Shown here: positions 1 through 8,366 of the stretch, in pieces
Layout of the letters: the number at the start of each line of letters is the position of its first letter
Numbering within the stretch: the stretch's first letter is position 1
IMG/VR virus record: IMGVR_UViG_3300020156_000022
Span: 32,001 to 96,000 of that record
Strand: one strand, 5' to 3'
Origin: a virus
DNA length: 64,000 bases
The notes under the pieces: model-generated
The model's database searches: none
What the model saw: only the letters and a program-made list of their open reading frames with translations
What the model was told of the DNA's origin: nothing
Made by a program: the position numbers and the translations under genes

Positions 1-826
1 TTTTTACTTCTTCGATTTCTTTAATTCTAAAGACTTCAGAAGCCGGTTTAGCTTTAAGTTCAACAAATTCAAACGATCCTGTAATACTGTCCCATATGGT
101 GACTCCCACAGGTCTCGTAAGATTCGATTCCGTAAGACTACCTCTCGACAAGGCACCGAAATTGCAGAATCTAACACCGTTGACAACGTACTGACCATGC
201 CAATCATGAATGTGACCATAGACAACTTGGACATTAGCTTTCCCATCTGGATTGACTAGTCTAGCAAATTTTTCAGTAGAGTAGTGCTCATACGCAGGAT
301 TAGCCCCTGGTGGAAAGAAAGGTGCATGAGTAACAATAAGCTGAGGAGTATCACTAGGTTTAAAATGTTTTAGTGCTTCTTTTACAGCTTGATCTGCTAC
401 TGACGGTTCAGCATCCCAATACATCTGCCAAGGAATGCCATACACAGGTGGTTTGCCTGACAAGTATCTATCTGCAATAAATACTCTTCCACTTGAATAC
501 ATTACACCTAATGGTTGGCCTTCATGCAAGGATTCCAGCCTATCGTTAAGTAGATCATGATTTCCTGGTACGATCCATACAGGCACATAACAATCAGCAG
601 CCCACCTAATAGCACGTTGCACCAAGGCATGAGAATTTCTTCCGGGGGTTTTAATATGAAAGAAATCTCCAAGTTGAATAATAGCTGAACATTTACGATC
701 TGCTGCTAGTTCATTAGCCTGGTACAGCAAATCAAACAAATCATCTGTGTAACTGGAAGTACAGCTCGCCGGATGACTATTTTCGTTTGTCAGATGTACA
801 TCATTGATGATTAAGTATTTACTCAA
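1..826 (-). CDS. Mre11/SbcD-like metallophosphoesterase nuclease (runs off the window)
   Basis: Not in the ORF track because it has no stop in the window. My translation from TTG at 826 gives MSKYLIINDVHL..QLGDFFH..VPGNHD..VTH..YGHIH, all five calcineurin-like phosphoesterase motifs. Confidence 0.85.
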   Translation of the reverse strand, partial: MSKYLIINDVHLTNENSHPASCTSSYTDDLFDLLYQANELAADRKCSAIIQLGDFFHIKTPGRNSHALVQRAIRWAADCYVPVWIVPGNHDLLNDRLESLHEGQPLGVMYSSGRVFIADRYLSGKPPVYGIPWQMYWDAEPSVADQAVKEALKHFKPSDTPQLIVTHAPFFPPGANPAYEHYSTEKFARLVNPDGKANVQVVYGHIHDWHGQYVVNGVRFCNFGALSRGSLTESNLTRPVGVTIWDSITGSFEFVELKAKPASEVFRIKEIEEVK

Positions 827-1034
827 GTTCCGTCAACTTCCTAACTGCTTGATCAATCTCATCTTCAATCATTACCGCATGAGTCAAAATAACCTCAGCA
901 AAATCAATAGCTACATCTGATGGAATGCTGAATTCAATACTGTCATTAGTATTATCAGCATTGGATATGGTAATCTTTACTTTTCCATCTCGTGTCTCTA
1001 CTAGAACAATGCTATTACTCCACTGCTTTTGCAT
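819..1034 (-). CDS. hypothetical protein
   Basis: 71 aa ORF overlapping both neighbours in operon fashion. Confidence 0.6.
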   Translation of the reverse strand: MQKQWSNSIVLVETRDGKVKITISNADNTNDSIEFSIPSDVAIDFAEVILTHAVMIEDEIDQAVRKLTELE

Positions 1035-1359
1035 ACTTTTCCTTAAGCTCTTTTACCTTCTCAGGGCTCATCGACGCAGCTACATTACCAATATATGTAG
1101 GTGTAGGCTTTGACTTGATCTTATATTCAAATCTACGAATAGCTGTATGGATAGACATGCGAGCCTCCATCAATCCACTGGATTGATCCAATTCGTCTTC
1201 TTCAATTGCTCCTGCAAGCTGTAATTCTTTATATGCAGCTTGAAGTAATTCTTTTGCGCGAGAGAAGTGGTCATTGGCCTGGCGTAATTCAGCTTCTACC
1301 GCTTTACGCAACTCAGGGTCATTTCTCTGCTGGTCATTATATTTTTTGTAAAATGTCAT
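1015..1359 (-). CDS. hypothetical helical protein
   Basis: 114 aa ORF, tight packing. Confidence 0.65.
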   Translation of the reverse strand: MTFYKKYNDQQRNDPELRKAVEAELRQANDHFSRAKELLQAAYKELQLAGAIEEDELDQSSGLMEARMSIHTAIRRFEYKIKSKPTPTYIGNVAASMSPEKVKELKEKYAKAVE

Positions 1360-1363
1360 AATA

Positions 1364-1630
1364 CTATATAGTCCTTAGAATTTTTCCTATCTCAACAATT
1401 GCATCCTCTGGCAAACCAGAAGTTTTAAGTTCCACTGCTTTAGCTAACCAATGTTTGTGTGCCCAATTTTCCCAATCATTTTCAAAGAACCAAGTGCAAT
1501 TATCATCATGACCTAGCCTACAAAATTCTGAATGTAAGCGTTCAGCGAATAATTTAACTTGATTTTGATATTTTGGCTGCTGACGTTGATAATCTGCCCA
1601 ACCTGTGGGGTCTGGGAAATAGTTTTTCAT
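1364..1630 (-). CDS. hypothetical protein (likely leaderless)
   Basis: 88 aa ORF; TAGGAT lies 6 nt before the ATG. Confidence 0.6.
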   Translation of the reverse strand: MKNYFPDPTGWADYQRQQPKYQNQVKLFAERLHSEFCRLGHDDNCTWFFENDWENWAHKHWLAKAVELKTSGLPEDAIVEIGKILRTI

Positions 1631-1691
1631 GATGTGATCCTATCACACAACACAAGAAGGGACCAGCCTCTCGACCGATCCCTTTTGAAAC

Positions 1692-2066
1692 TTACCTTAG
1701 CATATCGACAATTTGCTTCGCCCAAAGCTGGGCATGTCGATCTCTATCAAATTGAGGACGTAAATCCCAATCACGCATTTCGTATTCAAATTCTTTCAAA
1801 TCAAAGAATCTGTGTACGTGAGCACAAAAATACCATTCATCCTTCATAACATCTAAGGATCTACGTCCTCTGATATCTATCGCCATAGCGTCTGAGTCCA
1901 TAACGAAAACATGAGCCATGTAATCAGGACTGCCCGCAGGATTATCGCTAATCATTGCAATAGTCCATCCTGTCAGTTTATGAATCTCATAAGCTAGAGC
2001 TGGGCATTGCCCCTCAGTAAAATAGGCAATAACATCTTCATCATCTGTAAAGGTTAATGTATCCAT
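1692..2066 (-). CDS. hypothetical protein
   Basis: 124 aa ORF, abuts the upstream ORF. Confidence 0.65.
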   Translation of the reverse strand: MDTLTFTDDEDVIAYFTEGQCPALAYEIHKLTGWTIAMISDNPAGSPDYMAHVFVMDSDAMAIDIRGRRSLDVMKDEWYFCAHVHRFFDLKEFEYEMRDWDLRPQFDRDRHAQLWAKQIVDMLR

Positions 2067-2252
2067 TCACCAATATAGTCCAGTATAGTGACCGAATGCC
2101 CAAATACAGGCCAGCAACCAAAGACCCCAGAAAATTATAAATCCTAGAACTACAAAAGGTTTTAGATTATCTAATTTTTCTAACCTACCTACTACCTCTA
2201 AATGAGTCTTTTCACTTTCCGTTAACTCACTCCATGGCTTACTTATTCTCAT
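2067..2252 (-). CDS. small membrane protein
   Basis: C-terminal hydrophobic helix. Confidence 0.6.
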   Translation of the reverse strand: MRISKPWSELTESEKTHLEVVGRLEKLDNLKPFVVLGFIIFWGLWLLACIWAFGHYTGLYW

Positions 2253-2255
2253 TGT

Positions 2256-2714
2256 TCACCTCGACAGAAATTCATCGATCTGGTCAAGATGCTCGGGACG
2301 TAAACCACGGTTAGGTTTGGGGGCTATCAACAGTTGTCTGCTGTTGCTTTTCCAAGCATAGGGGATAGCTTCATCATCTGTCCAGATCAACTTATTACCA
2401 GAAGCCAAGACCTTCTCGGCCGCTGCAACCTTGTCATCGTTGTACATGCGCGTAGACCAGGCTGAGCGCAACGCTGGCAATTTAAATAATTTCTCTAGTT
2501 GGTCAGTATACCCACACCAGGAAGTCGCCCATAAAACCTCTACGTGCGGCAAACTGTGGACCTTCCTGACCCGCTCCATCAGCTGTGGTGCCCAACGCAT
2601 CTTCCAAGATGTTCCTAGGTAGTACGCTGTCCCCGAATGAGGCGCGGCTGACCAACCGGATTTGTTTGCGTTTAACACACCATCAACATCAAGGAGCCAT
2701 GTAAATTCATGCAT
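2256..2714 (-). CDS. HAD-superfamily phosphatase (Swiss-Army-knife RNA-repair-type HAD)
   Basis: LLDVDGVLN motif I, WATSW, LIWTDD motif IV; AAAGGAG RBS. Confidence 0.75.
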   Translation of the reverse strand: MHEFTWLLDVDGVLNANKSGWSAAPHSGTAYYLGTSWKMRWAPQLMERVRKVHSLPHVEVLWATSWCGYTDQLEKLFKLPALRSAWSTRMYNDDKVAAAEKVLASGNKLIWTDDEAIPYAWKSNSRQLLIAPKPNRGLRPEHLDQIDEFLSR

Positions 2715-3031
2715 AAAATAGCTCCTTTCACTTTAAGTGATATGATCTGTGTAAAGCATAAAAGAGGGCCTATAGTCGGTTACGGTGTAATACCACTTGC
2801 CATTACGTGATGATTGAAAACCCCACACATAATGCCTTACACCAAAATACTTAGCTTTCTCGTATGCAAGAATCATAGCTGCTCGATGACTCATACTGAT
2901 TCCCTAATCAAGCTAGATAGAAAAATCCCGGGCAGTCTCGGAAGACGCCCGGGAACAAATTACTTACACCTGTGATTTCCGTTGTGTGGCGTACCACACT
3001 TTAAACATACATACTCATATTTTACCATAAG

Positions 3032-3105
3032 GGTGTCTGGTGGGAATTGAACCCGACGCTCTTCGGTGCCACAAACCGACGCTTTAACCATTAAGCTACA
3101 GACAC
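3032..3105 (-). tRNA. tRNA-His(GTG)
   Basis: Cloverleaf; anticodon arm TCGGT-TTGTGGC-ACCGA; TTCAATT T loop. Confidence 0.85.
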
Positions 3106-3176
3106 AACTAAGAGAAATGGTGAAAGGCTGCCTCTATTAAATAGAACCCTTTCCTGTGAGCGATACCATTTCTAAG

Positions 3177-3249
3177 TCGGGAATAAGGGACTCGAACCCT
3201 TCGCCTGCTGTCCCCAAAACAGCCCGTCTACCCCATGACCTAATTCCCG
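3177..3249 (-). tRNA. tRNA-Pro(TGG)
   Basis: CGGGAAT/ATTCCCG acceptor; GCTGT-TTTGGGG-ACAGC. Confidence 0.85.
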
Positions 3250-3253
3250 ATAA

Positions 3254-3330
3254 CACAAGGTGTGCTTACCATTACACTAAATAGGTAACCCTCAAAGCCC
3301 TGCATCCGTACTCACCGGATCTTCCTTGTG
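3254..3330 (-). ncRNA. circularly permuted tRNA-like RNA
   Basis: CACAAGG/CCTTGTG closing stem; a 5 bp/7 nt T-like arm comes first and a canonical D arm TAGTGTAATGGTAAGCAC last; starts about 6 nt after a promoter. Confidence 0.55.
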
Positions 3331-3335
3331 CTTTA

Positions 3336-3364
3336 ATCTTACATCAGCATCTTAATCCTGTCAA
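3336..3364 (-). promoter_or_regulatory. sigma70/HrdB-type promoter
   Basis: TTGACA-N17-TAAGAT. Confidence 0.75.
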
Positions 3365-3741
3365 GACAAGACTGCTGATAATTTTGAAGCAATGTAATTG
3401 TCTCGCTGATCGGCATCCATCTCGGATTCTGCCGGGAAATCAGTTTGACTAACAAATTTGTTGTTGTAATAGATGGTTAATCGCTTGCCAATTACATTGC
3501 TGTTCTCATCAAGCATAGGCTCAAATGTAGAAGTAATCATCTCAATCCTCCCATAAACGACTTATAGGAGTAAATCGGCTATCCTAGCATACCCAGAACC
3601 ATCTTGCTTTATAGGCCTTTAGCTTATTTTAAAGTGGCCTCCAACATGAGCACTCACAAAGGTGCATCTTTTTTGCACAATCATAGTGCTTTCCTACAGA
3701 ACATGGCCAGCATTCCTTTTTAGGCTTAGGTAATTTAAAAC

Positions 3742-3951
3742 TCATGGAGCAATACCTGTGTCCCACTCGCATTGAGGATTTCCATCATCATCGCGGTCTT
3801 CATAATTCTCAAGCCAAGTTTCATAATGCTTGCCTGTCAGAATGCGAACTATTTGATCCAATATCCATTGCTTGTGGTGACTACCGTCAATTCCACCATA
3901 ATTCTCGATTAGGTCTAGTGTGCGCTCAATCTTACCTTCATCATCTGCCAT
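3742..3951 (-). CDS. hypothetical protein (start corrected to ATG 3951)
   Basis: MADDEGKIER...; the upstream part of the tracked ORF overlaps a tRNA-like RNA. Confidence 0.65.
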   Translation of the reverse strand: MADDEGKIERTLDLIENYGGIDGSHHKQWILDQIVRILTGKHYETWLENYEDRDDDGNPQCEWDTGIAP

Positions 3952-3952
3952 G

Positions 3953-4071
3953 CGTAACGTACAGGAATTGAACCTGTTCCTGATACTCGCTCCTATTTCG
4001 CTTACTAGGTCCAGGATAGGACTCTTCGGGTACTCTGTCGGCTTTCTCTGTGCTACCGTACACCACGTCAC
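3953..4071 (-). ncRNA. tRNA-like RNA with a long insert in place of the anticodon arm
   Basis: GTGACGT/ACGTTAC acceptor, D-like GTGTACGGTAGCAC, T arm ACAGG-TTCAATT-CCTGT, about 70 nt central insert. Confidence 0.6.
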
Positions 4072-4123
4072 TCACTAAGTTGATCAGACCTAGTGCAGCT
4101 AAAGGGTAGCTAATCCTTAAGCG

Positions 4124-4190
4124 TGGACATCAGTCGTATTGAACGACTCAGGACGTTCCCCGAAGGGAGCCCTGCAAACCTTGGATGCCC
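4124..4190 (-). ncRNA. mini tRNA-like RNA resembling the tmRNA tRNA-like domain
   Basis: GGGCATC/GATGTCC-A acceptor (G3.U70, A73), stemless D loop, CAGG/CCTG helix capped by a TTCG hairpin, T arm AGTCG-TTCAATA-CGACT. Confidence 0.55.
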
Positions 4191-4191
4191 T

Positions 4192-4231
4192 TGGTGCTGG
4201 TTTCAGACATATTAGGGAGGTCGTAACCAGC
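4192..4231 (-). ncRNA. acceptor-stem minihelix ending in ACCA
   Basis: GCTGGTT/AACCAGC-ACCA. Confidence 0.35.
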
Positions 4232-4254
4232 AAACTCCGTCCTCGTTGACTACT

Positions 4255-4283
4255 ACTCTAGCTTAGAGGTTAGTCCTTGTCAA
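4255..4283 (-). promoter_or_regulatory. sigma70/HrdB-type promoter
   Basis: TTGACA-N17-TAGAGT. Confidence 0.75.
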
Positions 4284-4426
4284 GAAGATAATTTGTGGCA
4301 TCGTACAGTTGATGCACCTAGTGTTGATCACAATGCCACCGCAGTACCTACAAAACATATTACATACCTGCGCAATTCCTACAGAAGCCCATAGGGCTTA
4401 AATCTGCACCACATCGATGACACATA

Positions 4427-4945
4427 TTAGCTGACATCGGATATGGTCTTTTGGATACCCTTAGCTTTTTTGTGGGGAGTATTCTCCTGTTCAGGCAGTG
4501 GATACTCTTCAAGTTCATTAACATAATGAAATGTCTCCGTGGCTATCCCAAATTTATCGGCCGCATCCCTACAACCTGTAGCACCGCTAGATCTGTCTTT
4601 AATAAAGGCTAGACATGCATCGGCATTTGATTTTTGAACCATTTGTAGATTACGAACTGGCCCAGCTCGCTTGCCATATTTTTTCCAGTCTGCCTGATAA
4701 ACAATCACTTTACACTTCAGTGTATTTCTAGCAAAAATATCAGCTAGCCTATCTGCCCCTCTAGGGCAACCACCATGGACTACAGTTAGCCACTCTGACA
4801 TAGGAATTTTACTGTATTCTGGGTTTTCCTGTAACCATTCGGCAATTGCTTGAATGATTCTATGCTTGATGCTTTCGAAATTGTCCCAGTCCCTTGAACC
4901 AGTAATAAGAATGACGAATTTTTTTCTCAAGGGCACCTCGGGCAT
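4427..4945 (-). CDS. SLOG/YspA-like (DUF2493) protein
   Basis: ILITGSRDW, VVHGGCPRGAD, ADWKKYGKRAGPVRN motifs. Confidence 0.8.
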   Translation of the reverse strand: MPEVPLRKKFVILITGSRDWDNFESIKHRIIQAIAEWLQENPEYSKIPMSEWLTVVHGGCPRGADRLADIFARNTLKCKVIVYQADWKKYGKRAGPVRNLQMVQKSNADACLAFIKDRSSGATGCRDAADKFGIATETFHYVNELEEYPLPEQENTPHKKAKGIQKTISDVS

Positions 4946-5166
4946 TTAAAATAACTCAACTTTAGACAGTCAGGGCATGTAGGTTTCTTGCAAGCAGGGC
5001 AAGGATCATCAATGCCACCATCAGTGTTTATCCATGCCACATTACATCTATTAACCTTGTATGCCCCACACAAAGTAATATGCGGATGACAACATAGTAG
5101 ATGGCAATATTTAATTTCATCGTTTGCCTGTAGCTCCTCTACAGGTCTTTCCTGTAAAGTTATCAT
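4927..5166 (-). CDS. Cys/His-rich small protein
   Basis: Multiple CxxC; ATG immediately follows tRNA-Glu. Confidence 0.6.
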   Translation of the reverse strand: MITLQERPVEELQANDEIKYCHLLCCHPHITLCGAYKVNRCNVAWINTDGGIDDPCPACKKPTCPDCLKLSYFKCPRCP

Positions 5167-5167
5167 G

Positions 5168-5239
5168 TAGTCCCAGAGAGAATTGAACTCTCTTCCTGAG
5201 GGTGAAAACCTCAGATCCTAACCAATAGACGATGGGACC
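5168..5239 (-). tRNA. tRNA-Glu(TTC)
   Basis: Cloverleaf; anticodon loop TTTTCAC. Confidence 0.9.
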
Positions 5240-5310
5240 AGGCTGATAGTCAAATTGCTTTTATCCTCGCGGACTATCATTCACGAGTACTTCACCCGGC
5301 TTCGTGTTCT

Positions 5311-5339
5311 AGTCTAGCTCAATCTTACTAGATTGTCAA
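5311..5339 (-). promoter_or_regulatory. sigma70/HrdB-type promoter
   Basis: TTGACA-N17-TAGACT. Confidence 0.75.
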
Positions 5340-5341
5340 GC

Positions 5342-5848
5342 TCAGTCAAAACTTCCAGAAGAACTACTTGTGTCAGAAGAACTGCTTGAAGATGAGCTGC
5401 TGCCATAGTCAGATCCACCAGAGCTATAACCTGTTGAAGGAGAAGATGGTGTATCTGAACTAGGAGTATATCCTGAGTAATTTGATGTAGTTGGTGCTGT
5501 ATAATTGTCAGTACTTGGAGTGTAATAGTCTGTAGTAGGCTCTACAGCCCAAGAGCTATCTACCTCAGGAACTTCTACTGCACCAAAACTTGAATCCTCT
5601 CGATCGTACCGATGTTTCGCGGCGCTAGGCTTTGAATTTACAGACTTTGGATATGCGTATGTAGCAGAATAAGTATGCGGCGCATTATCTGTTAGATTAC
5701 GCCTTGTTTCTAAGTCTGCACGTACTTGCTCACGAATAGCTGTTTGGACACTTACCGGCTTTGACTTCTGGCTACGACGCTGAAGGAAATAGCCTACAAC
5801 AAATAGCACTACAGCAATAACTAGAATTAGCAGAAAAATCTTGAACAA
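5342..5848 (-). CDS. membrane-anchored protein with a Ser/Gly-rich tail
   Basis: N-terminal TM helix, low-complexity C terminus. Confidence 0.7.
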   Translation of the reverse strand: MFKIFLLILVIAVVLFVVGYFLQRRSQKSKPVSVQTAIREQVRADLETRRNLTDNAPHTYSATYAYPKSVNSKPSAAKHRYDREDSSFGAVEVPEVDSSWAVEPTTDYYTPSTDNYTAPTTSNYSGYTPSSDTPSSPSTGYSSGGSDYGSSSSSSSSSDTSSSSGSFD

Positions 5849-5875
5849 AGCTGTTCCAATCTTAGTAGATATGAG

Positions 5876-5925
5876 TAACGTCCTGTTGCTGGAACCTATA
5901 CTAGCATTACAGCAACAGGACGTTA
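5876..5925 (-). terminator. long inverted repeat after the Ro60 gene
   Basis: TAACGTCCTGTTGCTG...CAGCAACAGGACGTTA; the loop holds an extended -10-like TGCTAGTAT. Confidence 0.55.
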
Positions 5926-5933
5926 AGGTAATT

Positions 5934-7553
5934 TCAGATTCGACCTGCTGAGAAGTCAGCGATCACTGACGGAGCGTTGGTGTCGAAACCTGCAACATTC
6001 AGGGTGCCGTTCACATCGTTAGGGTCGCCTACAGTAAACGGAGTAGCTGCCGCACCTACAACTACCAGCTTGGCGTCAATACCCATCTTCTGACGATAAT
6101 CCTTCAATGCACGCTCAGGCTTAATACGTCCAGCCCAAGTTTCGTTGTCGGTGTAAATCTGGAAGGTGTCAACTTCAATCTTGTTCTGCAATGCCCAAAC
6201 CATAGGCTGAGCAATATCAGTACCACCAAATGCCTGACCCTGCAACTTGCGGTTAACAGTAGCCAGATCCATCTTAGCAGTAATACCAAGATCACGGAAG
6301 GAAGTTGAGAAGCCCATGATCTGATACCAAGGCTCAACACGAGCAGTAACCATAGCCATAGCAGCAGTCACCTGTGCACAGCTTAGATCAATACCCAGTG
6401 CCGCAGAACCCATAGAACCAGAAACATCCAGAGCAAGCAAGGTTCGCTTGTTAGCAGGAGTAATGGACTTGAATGCAGCGTGGAATCCAGCATCCAAAGC
6501 ATCAGCAATTACAGGATTAGTTACCCAGTCCTTCTTACGAGTAATTGCATACCAACCATAAGACTCATTACGCTGCATCTGGCCCTCAGTATGAGTAACC
6601 AGAGCTAGAAGATACTGGATTGGGTGAAGACGAGTCTTCGCAATCATGTCAGAATCAACTAGAGCATTAGCAACTGCACGGGTAAACACCATATCGTTGA
6701 ATGCGCCAATACGAGAAAGGCGAGTAATCTGACGAACAAGTGCCTGACCCTTAAGCTGACCGTTAGCGAAAAGCTGCTTCCAAACCTCAGGCTCCTTAAG
6801 GAACTGAGTAGGAATAGTCTCCCAAGGAAGGTTAGTGAAACGCCCCAGAATATCGATAGCCTCAACAGAAGAAGAAGCAAGCTGCATCTTCTGAAAACCA
6901 TCGATAATGTCAGAATCGCCGTCTAGATCAATAAAGACAGGCTTACCAAGGATAAAATTACCTACACGTTGATCAACGCCAGTAGGGTGAGACAGGCGCA
7001 TAAGGTCACGCATAGTCCAACCATCACGCTGACGGTATTTAACAGCCTGGTACGCAAGCTGGTCAGCAGTCTTAGACTCAAACCACTTAGAGATTGCACG
7101 ACGCTTTGCACGACCCCAACCTCCAAGACCTTCGATGAAGGCAGCAAGCTGGTAAACGTGAGTAGCGATACGAGCAACCCTAGGAGCAGCCTCAACTACG
7201 GCCTGCTTAATACCCTGAACAGCCTCAGGCTCAGAAAGCATAAGAGCTAGGACGAAAATAGCAGCCTCGTTACGGTAGGCACGCCCCTTGTCGGACACGT
7301 CAATAACAGTAGCGAGAACAGTCTTAGGGTCCTTAGCGATCATCTTACGGATGAAGTCGACGTTCTGCTTAGTAAGATCCTTCTCACCCACGTAGTAGGT
7401 GCCCTTATCGGTACCAAGAATAAGGAAACGCTCAAGGCGCTGAATGTCAGATACTTCGAAAACGTAACCACCAGCGTTGTTCTTCACCTCATCGGAACGA
7501 GACTTCTCACGCTGAGTAGGTACAGCAGTAGAAAAATTCTTTAGTGCAGACAT
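5934..7553 (-). CDS. Ro60/Rsr TROVE-domain RNA-binding protein
   Basis: KNNAGGYVF..RLERFLILGT..GTYY, GGWGR, QAVKYRQRDGW, C-terminal vWA domain with DVSGSM MIDAS and TDNET; start moved to ATG 7553 (AGAAAGG RBS). Confidence 0.95.
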   Translation of the reverse strand: MSALKNFSTAVPTQREKSRSDEVKNNAGGYVFEVSDIQRLERFLILGTDKGTYYVGEKDLTKQNVDFIRKMIAKDPKTVLATVIDVSDKGRAYRNEAAIFVLALMLSEPEAVQGIKQAVVEAAPRVARIATHVYQLAAFIEGLGGWGRAKRRAISKWFESKTADQLAYQAVKYRQRDGWTMRDLMRLSHPTGVDQRVGNFILGKPVFIDLDGDSDIIDGFQKMQLASSSVEAIDILGRFTNLPWETIPTQFLKEPEVWKQLFANGQLKGQALVRQITRLSRIGAFNDMVFTRAVANALVDSDMIAKTRLHPIQYLLALVTHTEGQMQRNESYGWYAITRKKDWVTNPVIADALDAGFHAAFKSITPANKRTLLALDVSGSMGSAALGIDLSCAQVTAAMAMVTARVEPWYQIMGFSTSFRDLGITAKMDLATVNRKLQGQAFGGTDIAQPMVWALQNKIEVDTFQIYTDNETWAGRIKPERALKDYRQKMGIDAKLVVVGAAATPFTVGDPNDVNGTLNVAGFDTNAPSVIADFSAGRI

Positions 7554-7575
7554 TTGGCTTCTAGCCTTTCTGTTA

Positions 7576-7693
7576 GAACGAATATGTATGGATGATTGGG
7601 GTGCCCTACCATTTTGGGCGTCTGGTTGATCTGCGTACAGCCTACCAGACAGGGATCGAACCTGCAAGATAACCAATCAAGATCGACTCGTTC
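7576..7693 (-). ncRNA. Y RNA (YrlA-like, with permuted tRNA domain), copy 1
   Basis: 5' GAACGAGTCGA..GGTTATC / 3' ACATATTCGTTC stem; T arm GCAGG-TTCGATC-CCTGT, loop-closed acceptor, then D arm; directly upstream of Ro60. Confidence 0.85.
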
Positions 7694-7702
7694 AGAGTCA
7701 AG

Positions 7703-7830
7703 TGTTTCTGACAGGGTATGAACCTGCACATTTGTACTTCTTCAAAGATACTCCCCATAGCTAAGCTATAAGTTTCACTTCCGTACAAACCACCGAGGTT
7801 TCTCGGCTGCTATACTTTGCATACAGAAAC
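7703..7830 (-). ncRNA. tRNA-like RNA with a tetraloop hairpin in place of the anticodon arm and a very long variable arm
   Basis: GTTTCTG/CAGAAAC acceptor, GCCGAG-AAAC-CTCGGT hairpin, TTTGTAC..GTACAAA arm, T arm GCAGG-TTCATAC-CCTGT. Confidence 0.6.
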
Positions 7831-7833
7831 AAG

Positions 7834-7957
7834 TGCGGCGAAAAAAGGATTCGAACCTCTTCAGTGAGATGAGCTTAGCACGTCTAGTCCATGTTCGTCA
7901 ACATGCTAAAAACGTGCAGCCTATGACACTCATCCTAGTCTCATAAACCAAAGCCGC
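7834..7957 (-). ncRNA. tRNA-like RNA with a long central stem
   Basis: GCGGC/GCCGC-A acceptor, T arm AGAGG-TTCGAAT-CCTTT, nested GATGAG/CTCATC and GCACGT/ACGTGC helices. Confidence 0.55.
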
Positions 7958-7963
7958 AAGTAA

Positions 7964-8123
7964 TTGATGAATATGGGAGCGTAAACGAATAATATACAGA
8001 CGCTCTGCCATTGAGCTATACCCCGTTCATCTATATAGCGTTGTTTGCGCTAGTCGGGGCAGGAGGATTCGAACACTCCAACATTCTGTTTCCTCAGATA
8101 ATCGTATTACTTCGACTCATCAA
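7964..8123 (-). ncRNA. Y RNA (YrlA-like, with permuted tRNA domain), copy 2
   Basis: TTGATGAGTCGAAG..GATTATC / CATATTCATCAA; T arm, TGCCCCG/CGGGGTA acceptor, D arm TAGCTCAATGGCAGAGC. Confidence 0.85.
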
Positions 8124-8125
8124 AG

Positions 8126-8182
8126 TGTCCCCGGTTGGATTCGAACCAAACTTACACTACCAGGCGCTAACTGGCAAGGGAC
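8126..8182 (-). ncRNA. D-armless mini tRNA-like RNA
   Basis: GTCCCT/GGGGAC-A acceptor, GCCAG-TTAGCGC-CTGGT arm, TTCGAAT T loop. Confidence 0.5.
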
Positions 8183-8189
8183 TATAATT

Positions 8190-8357
8190 TTACTTTCTAG
8201 GCTTAGGCCAGCGATCAATTACTACCCTAAGATTTTCACATTCCTTCATTGCAGCATCAAAAGCTTTAGTATCTTTAGCTTCTCTCGCTTTTGCTAACTT
8301 TTCTCGTGCTTGCTGTAAAGCCTCTTGAGCTTCTCGTTTACTAGAATAGCTAGCCAA
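8190..8357 (-). CDS. small basic helical protein
   Basis: My translation (TTG start, GAGG RBS): MASYSSKREAQEALQQAREKLAK..., 55 aa. Confidence 0.55.
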   Translation of the reverse strand: MASYSSKREAQEALQQAREKLAKAREAKDTKAFDAAMKECENLRVVIDRWPKPRK

Positions 8358-8366
8358 GGTTACCTC

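Noticed and set aside
7554-7676. 41 aa N-terminal extension of Ro60 in the ORF track
   Set aside because: It overlaps Y RNA copy 1; the RBS and the TROVE-like sequence begin at ATG 7553.
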